In this document: one piece after another, positions 8,317 through 16,097 of the stretch
Layout of the letters: each line of letters starts with the position of its first letter
Position numbering within the stretch: the first letter of the stretch is position 1
From: an uncultured virus (IMG/VR IMGVR_UViG_2061766007_000180)
Taxonomy: Duplodnaviria; Heunggongvirae; Uroviricota; Caudoviricetes
Reading direction: 5' to 3' (one strand)
Virus record (IMG/VR): IMGVR_UViG_2061766007_000180
DNA: 20,000 bases
Made by a program: the position numbers and the translations under genes
Notes under the pieces: model-generated
The model's input: the letters and a program-made list of their open reading frames with translations, nothing else
Told to the model about the DNA's origin: nothing
Databases searched by the model: none

Positions 8317-8643
8317 TCAGATCAATGGAAGTTCAAATCTGTATTTCTTGAGATACTCCTCGTCGAGGCCGCACATCTTGACAAGCGCGTCCCACATGAC
8401 CGAGCACGCCTTAGACGCGGCCATGTCCCGGTCGTCGTACCATCCGTTCTTGTAGTTCTGCGCCATCCTTTGGACATAGCGGATTATCACCTTGGAAGTG
8501 AAGGACTGCACAAGTGTCCTGTGCATGAAGAGGAGGTTGTCCACGAGTCCATCTGTGGTCTCGGAGTTGCCCATCACGTTGATGATGTCCTCGATCTCGT
8601 GGGCGAGATTCTCGATCTTCGTTTTCTGTTCTTCGTTCAGCAT
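8317..8643 (-). CDS. Hypothetical protein (108 aa)
   Basis: Promoter 8671-8699, RBS. Confidence 0.88.
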   Translation of the reverse strand: MLNEEQKTKIENLAHEIEDIINVMGNSETTDGLVDNLLFMHRTLVQSFTSKVIIRYVQRMAQNYKNGWYDDRDMAASKACSVMWDALVKMCGLDEEYLKKYRFELPLI

Positions 8644-8772
8644 TGTCTGTTCCTTTCCTGTTATGGCTAGATTATATCAGATTGTTCCCACGAAGTCAAG
8701 CAAAGGAGAAATTCTTCCGGAAATTGTTTTTTCGCTTGACTTTCTTTCCGGAAACGGTATTTTTCCGAAAAG

Positions 8773-8841
8773 CCGATCCGGGAAATTCCTGGCCCGGATC
8801 GGTCAAAAGAAAAAACCTCCCGGTCTCTTTCACCCGGGAGG
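8773..8841 (-). terminator. Tandem hairpins / terminator
   Basis: CCGATCCGGG/CCCGGATCGG (8773-8802) and CCTCCCGG/CCGGGAGG (8816-8841), with an A-run between them. Confidence 0.7.
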
Positions 8842-8872
8842 GAGGAACCATGAACGATATGACAATTGATTT

Positions 8873-9571
8873 TTACAGACCCCGAACGGGGACGTACTGC
8901 CCGACACTCGCGTTCTGCTTGGCGATTTCTTCCTTGTCAAGCGCGCTGGCCTTGAAGCCAGGCGTTAGACTCTCCAACGCCTTCTCAAAGGTGGAAAGGA
9001 GGAGTTTCGTCTGCTCCCTCGTCCATGTCGCAAGACAGTAGATTTCCCACCATCCCTTCGCGTTGTAGAGTTTCTCAAGGTCGCGCGTTCCGTGGCGGAC
9101 GAGACTCCGCGCGGAGCACACCTTGTATTCGGGCTTGTCCGTGTCGCTCGTATACGCCCACACGTCAATGACTGTTATTGCCTTGGGAGACGAGAACGTG
9201 AAGTAGTTTGCGTGGCAGGCGGCCCCGTTCCTGCGGATGTCCGTGATATAGTTGTTGTTCACCTTGAACGTGATGTTCAGCATACCAATCTGGTCGGAAT
9301 AGGTCTCGCCCTCGCGCGGCCAGCCGTTGAAGGTGAGGGGTTGCCAAAAACTCCCGATGCTCATGTGCTTGAGGTTGAAGAACATCCCGATGTTCTCGCG
9401 GATTTTCCTCAAGATGAAGTTCTTGAGTTCGGTGTACTCCTTGACTGCCGCCTTGGCGTAGGCGTAAATCTTCTCGTCTCGGTACTCCCCGTCATAGGAC
9501 TGCGAGAGTTCCTGCATGGACTTCGCGGTGCTGAGAAGATTGTTGATGTGGGTTCTTTCCGTGGTTGTCAT
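8873..9571 (-). CDS. Hypothetical protein (232 aa)
   Basis: Start MTTTER after promoter 9599-9627. Confidence 0.88.
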   Translation of the reverse strand: MTTTERTHINNLLSTAKSMQELSQSYDGEYRDEKIYAYAKAAVKEYTELKNFILRKIRENIGMFFNLKHMSIGSFWQPLTFNGWPREGETYSDQIGMLNITFKVNNNYITDIRRNGAACHANYFTFSSPKAITVIDVWAYTSDTDKPEYKVCSARSLVRHGTRDLEKLYNAKGWWEIYCLATWTREQTKLLLSTFEKALESLTPGFKASALDKEEIAKQNASVGQYVPVRGL

Positions 9572-9638
9572 TGTCTGTTCCTTTCCTGTCATGCCTAGAT
9601 TATACCAAACCGCTCCCCTTTTGTCAACCGAAAACCTC

Positions 9639-9842
9639 TCAATCCCACGGACGAAGACGATACAGTCCGCAGATCGTGTCCCCGACATCCGCCGCATGGG
9701 AGGTGATCCTGTTCCATGTGTGGTTCGCGTCCTCGCCGGAGATGTCGCATACCATGCGTCCGGCTTCGTCCAACTTGTTCTGAACATCGCGAAGGAGGTT
9801 CTCAAGGGCGTCCACCTGTTCGTGCGTGAGTTTCTTGTTCAT
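9639..9842 (-). CDS. Hypothetical protein (67 aa)
   Basis: Start MNKKLT after promoter 9867-9895. Confidence 0.87.
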   Translation of the reverse strand: MNKKLTHEQVDALENLLRDVQNKLDEAGRMVCDISGEDANHTWNRITSHAADVGDTICGLYRLRPWD

Positions 9843-9976
9843 GTCTTGTTTTCCTTTCATGCTCAAATTATATCAGAATTTCCGAGGAGAGTCAAGCAAA
9901 GAAAGAATTTTTCCTAAAATTGATTTTTCGCTTGACTTTCTCTGAGAAAATGGTAGTTTTCCGAAAAGTCCGAACG

Positions 9977-10005
9977 AAAAAGGCCGGGCCCTCTCAGGCC
10001 CGGCC
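9977..10005 (-). terminator. Intrinsic terminator after the tRNA-like RNA
   Basis: GGCCGGGCC/GGCCCGGCC plus an A-run; a near-identical copy lies at 11459-11487. Confidence 0.8.
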
Positions 10006-10038
10006 ACTATGAACGGATGAACCATGAACGAAAGATGA

Positions 10039-10157
10039 TGGTGTGCCCGGGAGTCGAACCCGGATTCCCACGCGATACCGCTAGGTCTCCTACCATTGGA
10101 ACAGTTGCCCGCCTTGGGTTTTCAGCCGACTCGAACGGCACTGCTGTTGAACACACC
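10039..10157 (-). ncRNA. tRNA-like RNA (119 nt) with internal insertion and aberrant anticodon arm
   Basis: Acceptor GGTGTGT/GCACACC plus A; T arm CCGGG-TTCGACT-CCCGG; D-like arm TTCC-AATGGTA-GGAG; extra domain of about 45 nt. Confidence 0.75.
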
Positions 10158-10166
10158 AGATTGAAT

Positions 10167-10397
10167 TTAAGCGAACTTCGCGAGCAACTTGCGGAAAGTC
10201 CAGATGCGATAGCCGCCGCCGTTGTGGAGGAACTTGGACTTGCTGACCGAGTAGAACCGACCACGGCGGGACGAGCGATACATCCGAATGATCCCCCACG
10301 GGGAGCGAACCACGTTGGACTGGCCGTTGCGCGAGCACTTGTCACAGTTAGCGAGGATGCGCTGGACAATGTTGTAGCAGAGGGTCTTGTATGACAT
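10167..10397 (-). CDS. Basic hypothetical protein (76 aa)
   Basis: Promoter 10427-10455, AGGAG RBS; the stop is 9 nt before the tRNA-like RNA. Confidence 0.8.
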   Translation of the reverse strand: MSYKTLCYNIVQRILANCDKCSRNGQSNVVRSPWGIIRMYRSSRRGRFYSVSKSKFLHNGGGYRIWTFRKLLAKFA

Positions 10398-10405
10398 TTC
10401 TCTTC

Positions 10406-10769
10406 TCCTGTTGGTTGTTTGGTTAGATTCTATCAGATCTTCTGGGACTTGTCAAGCGAAAATGGATTATCATTCAACGATAAATTCTTCTCCGTTCTTT
10501 CCGGCCTCGTATGCCTTTTTCATATAAGAGATGATATCGTTGCATGAAATGAGACTTCTTTCTATGATGGCATCTTCGGGACATTCACAGAGAGGGCCGA
10601 CATACTCGTCAGCAATACGATTCCCATCCTTATCATATATAGTCATGGAATCCGAAGAGTGCCCCATGTCATCTGCATCTTCATCGATCAAATAGACTAT
10701 CTTCATTTCTTTTTTCCTGTTGGTTGTTTGGTTAGATTCTATCAGATCTTCTGGGACTTGTCAAGCGAA
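10406..10769. repeat. 55-bp perfect direct repeat (10406-10460 and 10715-10769)
   Basis: TCCTGTTGGTTGTTTGGTTAGATTCTATCAGATCTTCTGGGACTTGTCAAGCGAA is present twice, 309 bp apart. Confidence 0.95.
10470..10706 (-). CDS. Acidic hypothetical protein, AT-rich gene (78 aa)
   Basis: Promoter 10736-10764; CECPEDA and AYEAGK motifs. Confidence 0.87.
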   Translation of the reverse strand: MKIVYLIDEDADDMGHSSDSMTIYDKDGNRIADEYVGPLCECPEDAIIERSLISCNDIISYMKKAYEAGKNGEEFIVE

Positions 10770-10772
10770 GTT

Positions 10773-11093
10773 TCAATCGAGATCGTTCTCGTCAACATAG
10801 AAGTTGAACGCGCCAATCCAGTCGCTGTACATGCAATATCCGCCCTGTCCGCCGATCTCGTCAACAATATAGTCGCGGACTGCGGCGCTTTCGAGGGATT
10901 CCTGCGGAATGTCGGGGTGGTTCTCGTCTCCGAAGAGAAGCGTGCGGAAATCGTCGTTCGTGGATGCGGTCGCGAGGATGAGGTCGGCGCACCGCCGGAT
11001 TGCGTCACCGCGCGTGCGGCAGGAGCAGACCGTTTCCGCCGAATACGGGGCGTTCCGTGGGTCTGTGGTCTTGATGATTGTGTAGATCGTCAT
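10773..11093 (-). CDS. Hypothetical protein (106 aa)
   Basis: Start MTIYTI after promoter 11118-11146. Confidence 0.87.
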   Translation of the reverse strand: MTIYTIIKTTDPRNAPYSAETVCSCRTRGDAIRRCADLILATASTNDDFRTLLFGDENHPDIPQESLESAAVRDYIVDEIGGQGGYCMYSDWIGAFNFYVDENDLD

Positions 11094-11152
11094 GGTCTTG
11101 TTTCCTTTCATGCCTAGATTATACCAAACTGGAAGGTCGGTGTCAACCGAAA

Positions 11153-11326
11153 TCACTCGCAGAATCCGCGTCTGACAACCTTCCCGTTCACGAACACGCG
11201 ATAGACAAATCCTCCGCTTTCCCGTGCCCAGCGGACGCCTTCGGCTATGCTCTTCGCGTGGTACGGCTGGCAGACGTGTCCCCAGCGGGTGTTTACAACG
11301 ACAACGCACTCAATCGGCTTCTTCAT
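11153..11326 (-). CDS. Small hypothetical protein (57 aa)
   Basis: Hand-translated MKKPIECVVVVNTRWGHVCQPYHAKSIAEGVRWARESGGFVYRVFVNGKVVRRGFCE; promoter 11349-11377. Confidence 0.83.
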   Translation of the reverse strand: MKKPIECVVVVNTRWGHVCQPYHAKSIAEGVRWARESGGFVYRVFVNGKVVRRGFCE

Positions 11327-11458
11327 GGTCTTTTCCTTTCATGCCCATATCATACCAAAAAGTCAGGCCGAAGTCAAGCAAACCGAAAAGAAAAGATTTT
11401 CTGGCCTTTTCGCTTGACTTTTCTCCGGAATCGCGTATTTTTCCGAAAGATCGGGGCG

Positions 11459-11487
11459 AAAAAGGCCGGGCCCTCGCAGGCCCGGCC
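11459..11487 (-). terminator. Intrinsic terminator
   Basis: GGCCGGGCC/GGCCCGGCC plus an A-run. Confidence 0.78.
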
Positions 11488-11509
11488 CCGGTGAACCATG
11501 AACCGCAAA

Positions 11510-11714
11510 TCATTTTTGCTCGGTCTTTTTCAGAAGGCCGTCCATCCATTCGTTCGCGAGTGTCAGAGCCTTGTCCCCGATCCCCTGTATCTTCTCGTTG
11601 TTTACAAGGGCGGGAATCACCTTGATCGCGCACATCTCCTTCGTGTTCGCATTCGAAACTGTAGAACCACTCGGTGTTCGGATCGTTGACAAGTTTCTTG
11701 AGTTTCTCGTTCAT
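11510..11714 (-). pseudogene. Frame-discordant cassette (probable deletion or frameshift remnant)
   Basis: The promoter-linked start MNEKLKK (11714) is in a different frame from the protein-like tail NTKEMCAIKVIPALVNNEKIQ...LANEW, which stops at 11510 before the terminator. Confidence 0.55.
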
Positions 11715-11769
11715 CGTTTTCTCCCTATGCCAAGATTATACCAGATGTTCCCCCTTTTGTCAACCGAAA

Positions 11770-12060
11770 TCACCTCAAGCCGATCATCTTTCGCAGTTCG
11801 GCCTTGATGCGCTTCGCCGTCTCGCCGCGCCACGTGGAGCAGTTGGAGAGGAAGCCGCCGACAACCATCCGGCCGGAGTCGAACATATAGTTGTCGTCAA
11901 CGGAGTTCAGCGAGAGCATGGCGTCCGCGTACTGGTGAAGGTACGGGAACATCTGCCGCCAGTACTTTCCCTTGGACTTCGCGATGGACTCCATGTCCAT
12001 GATTGCCTCGGAGGCGATGCGGTGGAGGGGACGGACGGCACTGGTGTTCGTGGTGTTCAT
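11770..12060 (-). CDS. Conserved phage-type hypothetical protein (96 aa)
   Basis: RPLHRIA...FLSNCSTWRGETAKRIKAEL pattern recalled from phage proteins; promoter 12090-12118. Confidence 0.88.
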   Translation of the reverse strand: MNTTNTSAVRPLHRIASEAIMDMESIAKSKGKYWRQMFPYLHQYADAMLSLNSVDDNYMFDSGRMVVGGFLSNCSTWRGETAKRIKAELRKMIGLR

Positions 12061-12123
12061 TGTTGTGTTCCTTTCTCGTTTGTGCCTAGATTATAGCAAA
12101 CTGTCTTTTTCGTGTCAAGCAAA

Positions 12124-12270
12124 TCATCCGATAAAACACACCGATTCGCCGACAAACTGAATGGAATGGCTTCCAGCCGCTCCCTTTGCAATTCGGCAAA
12201 CATCCATGAATCGGTACTCCCCGATGAGGATGTTGTTCATAAATACCTTGATCTTCTTTTCTCTGTTCAT
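12124..12270 (-). CDS. Small hypothetical protein (48 aa)
   Basis: Hand-translated MNREKKIKVFMNNILIGEYRFMDVCRIAKGAAGSHSIQFVGESVCFIG; promoter 12293-12321. Confidence 0.8.
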   Translation of the reverse strand: MNREKKIKVFMNNILIGEYRFMDVCRIAKGAAGSHSIQFVGESVCFIG

Positions 12271-12317
12271 CTGTTTTCTCCTTTGTGTCTAGATTATAGC
12301 AAACCGGAATGTGAAAG

Positions 12318-12446
12318 TCAACCAAAATCCTTCCAGTTCTTCGGGTTGTTGAGATACCGGCGGGTCTTCGCCTTGCGCTTCTTGTCAACGATTATGCGCG
12401 TGGTAGTCTTGATCGCCGGAACGAACCTGTGCTTGCGGATGTCCAT
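12318..12446 (-). CDS. Small, very basic peptide (42 aa)
   Basis: MDIRKHRF...WKDFG after promoter 12471-12499. Confidence 0.78.
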   Translation of the reverse strand: MDIRKHRFVPAIKTTTRIIVDKKRKAKTRRYLNNPKNWKDFG

Positions 12447-12566
12447 CGCCTGATTTCCTTTCGTGGCAACATTATACCAAACGATTCGGAGAATGTCAAG
12501 CAAAGGAAAATGTTTTTCGTCTGGTCTATTTTTGCTTGACTTTCTGGAAGAAAGGTGTATTTTTCC

Positions 12567-12597
12567 GAAAACAAGACCCGGATCAAATCCGGGTCTT
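12567..12597 (-). terminator. Intrinsic terminator-like hairpin
   Basis: AAGACCCGGAT/ATCCGGGTCTT (12573-12597). Confidence 0.75.
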
Positions 12598-12601
12598 CAC
12601 A

Positions 12602-13054
12602 TCATTTCGCCGCGGCCATCTTCTCGGCTACCAGTCTCGCGGCCTCCTGCATGACCATCTTCTCAAACTTCTTCGTGTTCAACTTGATGGTGTCCAGAAC
12701 CTTATCAACAAGGTTGTGAATCCTCTGTATGCACGCGCTTTGGACATACTGCTCCGCAATCGCCAAGGCCGCGCCTTTGCGCGTCTCGTTGAACAGGCTC
12801 CCGTCATAGAATAGGCAATACTCTATTTTCTTCGGGTCGGAGAGTATCTTCTTCACGCCATCCTTTATGGACTCCACCATGTCCTCGCCCAGTTCGTCGC
12901 GAACCTTCTGCATGACGATGGCATACGCCGTGTTCGAGACAAGGACGGACATCGGCTCGTGGGACGCGACATCGTGCATCTTGTCGGCAACCGCTCGCGT
13001 TGCCAGTTCCTTCTTCTCGTCGTTCGTGAGATAGTCTAAGGGGTTGAAGTTCAT
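12602..13054 (-). CDS. Hypothetical helical protein (150 aa)
   Basis: Start MNFNPL after promoter 13082-13110. Confidence 0.88.
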   Translation of the reverse strand: MNFNPLDYLTNDEKKELATRAVADKMHDVASHEPMSVLVSNTAYAIVMQKVRDELGEDMVESIKDGVKKILSDPKKIEYCLFYDGSLFNETRKGAALAIAEQYVQSACIQRIHNLVDKVLDTIKLNTKKFEKMVMQEAARLVAEKMAAAK

Positions 13055-13217
13055 TGTCGTTTCCTTTCCTGTTATGCCCAAATTATATCAAACTCTTCCG
13101 GAAATGTCAAGCAAAGGGAAAAAGATCTTTCACGGGCGGTTTTCGCTTGACTTTTCTAGACTTTCCTCTATTTTCCGAAAGTTCCCGGGCCGGAAATCTC
13201 CTGGCCCGTGCGATCCT

Positions 13218-13553
13218 TCAGACCGTTCCCGCGAAAAGTTCCTGGCCTGAGGGAGTGAGTTCGTGGACAGGGATGCGGACGAACCCGGAAGGAATCGTGC
13301 GGACGCACTTCCCGACGATTCCGAGATCGAGAAGGGTCTTGAGGATTCCGGTGTTCTCGGCGTAGTTCTTCACCGCGATTTGCGTGTCCGGGATGGTCTC
13401 TCCGGGATTGACCGTGACCGTGCAGAACGGTTCGTCCGTCTCCGCGTCCATCATCTGGAGCGCGAGATTTCCGTTTCCGTAGCGACCGGGAACGAATTGG
13501 CAGGTGTAGGTGTCCCCGAAGGCGTTGACCTTGAATGTTTCGGTGGGTTTCAT
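13218..13553 (-). CDS. DUF4313-like protein (111 aa)
   Basis: YGNGNLALQM..EPFCTVTVN..SGFVRIP matches the DUF4313 pattern; promoter 13581-13609. Confidence 0.75.
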   Translation of the reverse strand: MKPTETFKVNAFGDTYTCQFVPGRYGNGNLALQMMDAETDEPFCTVTVNPGETIPDTQIAVKNYAENTGILKTLLDLGIVGKCVRTIPSGFVRIPVHELTPSGQELFAGTV

Positions 13554-13623
13554 TTCGGTGTTCCTTTCATTCATGCCTAGATTATACCAAACCGGAAGAT
13601 CGTTGTCAAGCGAAATTCCCGAT

Positions 13624-13878
13624 TCACTTCATGATTATTCCGTGATTGAGACGCAGGTGAAGCAGGTAACATTTCCAAAACACCTGCTTAAGATGCCGTT
13701 CTTCCCACGCCTTGATGCCTTTCGGAATCGCATCCCACGTCTGATTGCAATAGAGACATTTAAACCCTACGCCATGTGGATGCTTGCTACCGCCGCCTTC
13801 CCATCGCGTGGAACTGGGCTTGCCAAAAGCCACGAATGTGGCGAGAACCGCAATCATTGCGAATATTGTCATTTTCAT
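13624..13878 (-). CDS. Signal-peptide/TM protein with CxxC...HxxxxH putative Zn site (84 aa)
   Basis: MKMTIFAMIAVLATFVAFG N-terminus; CLYC and HLRLNH; promoter 13907-13935. Confidence 0.8.
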   Translation of the reverse strand: MKMTIFAMIAVLATFVAFGKPSSTRWEGGGSKHPHGVGFKCLYCNQTWDAIPKGIKAWEERHLKQVFWKCYLLHLRLNHGIIMK

Positions 13879-14040
13879 ATGCCGTTTTCCTTTCCTTTGT
13901 GCTTCTATTATACCAAAAAGTTCCGGCCCCGTCAAGCGAACGCCGCGAAAAAACGATCGGCCCTCGGCGAAAGGCCGGAGCGGCCTTTCGGAAAAATACA
14001 AAAACTGGCCCATATGTCAAGCAAAAAATCAATTTCGGTC

Positions 14041-14069
14041 AAAAAAGTCTGGCCCTTGCGGGCCAGACT
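14041..14069 (-). terminator. Intrinsic terminator
   Basis: 10-bp stem, GCAA tetraloop on the minus strand, U-tract. Confidence 0.82.
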
Positions 14070-14096
14070 GGGGGGTATGGTATTTTTGGTGAGAGG

Positions 14097-14762
14097 TTAT
14101 TTTAGAAGTTCGTTCACATAAAACACGTCATTGTGAGAGTAGCAGAGCGTACAGGCTACGCAACTTTTGGCACCGCAATTTATCTTGACCCCGTTCAGCA
14201 CGGCGTACTCTTTCGTGTAGACCGTGAAGACCTTGTCCACGAAATCGTATGCCGACACGTCCATCGGCTCGTTTATCACCGGAGAGGACGCAATGATTAT
14301 CAGATTCTCCGGCTTTTCGGCCACCTTCAGCGCGGACTTGTAGACCGCGAGATTCTTTGTCCAGACCGTGAACTGGACGCGAGGATTGCGGCGGCAGAAA
14401 TTGAAGTAGTTCAAAACCTGCGTCTCGTTCTGCACGTCCCCGAACGATTCCAGACGGAACATCAGCGCATTCACGATCGGCCACTTCTCCACCGGAATCA
14501 GCCGTGTGGTGAGAACTTCGAGGTTTTTCGCCAGCATCTGCGACAGGTTCCGATACTGCAACTGCATGGCGATGGAATAGCAATGCTCACAGATCGTACC
14601 CTTGCACTTGCTACGCGCCATGCAAAAGGTGTTATGAACCGGAGAGGTGGAGAGCGAGCAGAAGCCCGTCATCTTTCCGGTATGGTTCGTGGTGAATCCC
14701 ACGCCGAACTCCTCGCGGAAGGACTGCATGGTCTGGAACTTTTCTCTCTTGTGTGTGTTCAT
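14097..14762 (-). CDS. GP88-like (phage gene product 88) Cys-cluster protein (221 aa)
   Basis: GKM..S...C..CEHCY; FRLESFGD; WTKN; KPENL..SSP; C-terminal CGAKSCVACTLCY. Confidence 0.78.
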   Translation of the reverse strand: MNTHKREKFQTMQSFREEFGVGFTTNHTGKMTGFCSLSTSPVHNTFCMARSKCKGTICEHCYSIAMQLQYRNLSQMLAKNLEVLTTRLIPVEKWPIVNALMFRLESFGDVQNETQVLNYFNFCRRNPRVQFTVWTKNLAVYKSALKVAEKPENLIIIASSPVINEPMDVSAYDFVDKVFTVYTKEYAVLNGVKINCGAKSCVACTLCYSHNDVFYVNELLK

Positions 14763-14811
14763 GGGTTGATTTCCTTTCATGCCTAGATTATACCAAACCG
14801 GAAGGGCAATG

Positions 14812-15048
14812 TCAATCGAAATTCCGAACTTTTCTCTTAAAACGGCAATATCCCTCTTCGGTACAATGGCCGCAGGTGTAATGACGGCAGAGACCAAGAA
14901 AACTTTCACAACGTGGAAGGCGGGAAAATTCCTCCTTTTGATACCGCATGACGATTTCCCTATATTCGTCCGAAGTGACGGACTGGTTTAAGATCGTCCA
15001 GTCGGACGGCGTCATGGAAAGAGTTTCAAGTTTTTCGGCGAGGTTCAT
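14812..15048 (-). CDS. Hypothetical protein with Cys-rich C-terminus (78 aa)
   Basis: Promoter 15073-15101; the stop lies inside the next -35. Confidence 0.83.
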   Translation of the reverse strand: MNLAEKLETLSMTPSDWTILNQSVTSDEYREIVMRYQKEEFSRLPRCESFLGLCRHYTCGHCTEEGYCRFKRKVRNFD

Positions 15049-15232
15049 GGTTTGTTTTCCTTTCATGCTTAGATTATAGCAAACATCGGCGAGGTAGTCA
15101 ATCAAAAAAAGAAAAGATCGGCATAATTCACTTTTTGATTGACTTTTAATCAAAAAATTGTATTTTTCCGAAATGACAAAAAAAGGCATGGCCCTCCGGC
15201 CACACCCTCCGTTTTTCTTCGGCCCCCTCAAT

Positions 15233-15487
15233 TCAGCGGAATCTTTCCAAATGGTTGTAGATAGTATGAAACTTCCTACTGCACTTCAAACACCTATAGT
15301 GGTAAACCGTTGGGGAATTGAACTTTTCAGACGCTGAATACAACTCCCACTTTCCGCCACAAACCTCACATTCTCCCTTGTTATAAGTTTCAAGTGCCTG
15401 CTTTTTTTCAATCCTCGGCAAACCAATGACCACAAACAGGTAGCCGAACAGGCAGATGAGCGCAAACATTACATTTATCACTTTCAT
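15233..15487 (-). CDS. TM-anchored zinc-ribbon protein, AT-rich gene (84 aa)
   Basis: N-terminal hydrophobic helix; CEVC and CLKC; promoter 15512-15540. Confidence 0.85.
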   Translation of the reverse strand: MKVINVMFALICLFGYLFVVIGLPRIEKKQALETYNKGECEVCGGKWELYSASEKFNSPTVYHYRCLKCSRKFHTIYNHLERFR

Positions 15488-15546
15488 GGTTTGTTTTCCT
15501 TTCATGTCTAGATTATACCAAATCGGAAGAGGGTTGTCAACCGAAA

Positions 15547-15750
15547 TCAGAGGGAAACTCTCCCAGTTTCCCAATTCCCGAAACCGCCGTAGGGAGGACG
15601 GAGACAGGTAAGGCGAAATTCCTTTCCGTAGATAAAGTCGGAGTAGTTGGGCGAACCTTCCCAATGTCCATCTCCTTTGCGGAGGTGCTCTGCGATCAGT
15701 TTCTCGGCGCGTTCCTTCGCGATGGGCTTAAGTGTCTTTGGAATAGCCAT
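15547..15750 (-). CDS. Hypothetical protein (67 aa)
   Basis: Start MAIPKT after promoter 15778-15806. Confidence 0.86.
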   Translation of the reverse strand: MAIPKTLKPIAKERAEKLIAEHLRKGDGHWEGSPNYSDFIYGKEFRLTCLRPPYGGFGNWETGRVSL

Positions 15751-15802
15751 TTTTGTTTCCTTTCTCGTTATGTCTAGATTATAGCAGAAGGACAGAGGAA
15801 TG

Positions 15803-15925
15803 TCAAGCAAAAATGCTTGCGACTTTCATACCGAGCGCGAACACCGTAATCAGCAATCCGATCAAGGAAACTACGATTATTTTGTCAAGTTCACGGTTGA
15901 TTTCTGCGATTTCTTTGTCGTTCAT
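15803..15925 (-). CDS. Single-TM peptide (40 aa)
   Basis: Hand-translated MNDKEIAEINRELDKIIVVSLIGLLITVFALGMKVASIFA; promoter 15949-15977. Confidence 0.8.
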   Translation of the reverse strand: MNDKEIAEINRELDKIIVVSLIGLLITVFALGMKVASIFA

Positions 15926-16046
15926 GGTCTTGTTCCTTTCGTGCCTAAATTATACCAAAAGGCCGTGTCCGCGTCAATCAAAACCGGAAGAAAAGATTTT
16001 TCGGTCTTTTCGGTTGACTTCCGGAGGATCTTTGATATTTTTCCGA

Positions 16047-16077
16047 AAAGAAAAGACGCGGCCATCTGGCCGCGTCT
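16047..16077 (-). terminator. Intrinsic terminator
   Basis: AGACGCGGCC/GGCCGCGTCT plus an A-run. Confidence 0.8.
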
Positions 16078-16097
16078 GGGAATTTCCCACACACACT

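Noticed and set aside
10039..10157. Canonical tRNA-Tyr(GTA) or tmRNA
   Set aside because: GTA is not in a 7-nt U33 loop and the length is 119 nt; it is too short for tmRNA and has no tag ORF.
11310..11714. 134-aa ORF as an intact gene
   Set aside because: It reads through a terminator, a Q element and the next promoter, and overlaps the next gene's start.
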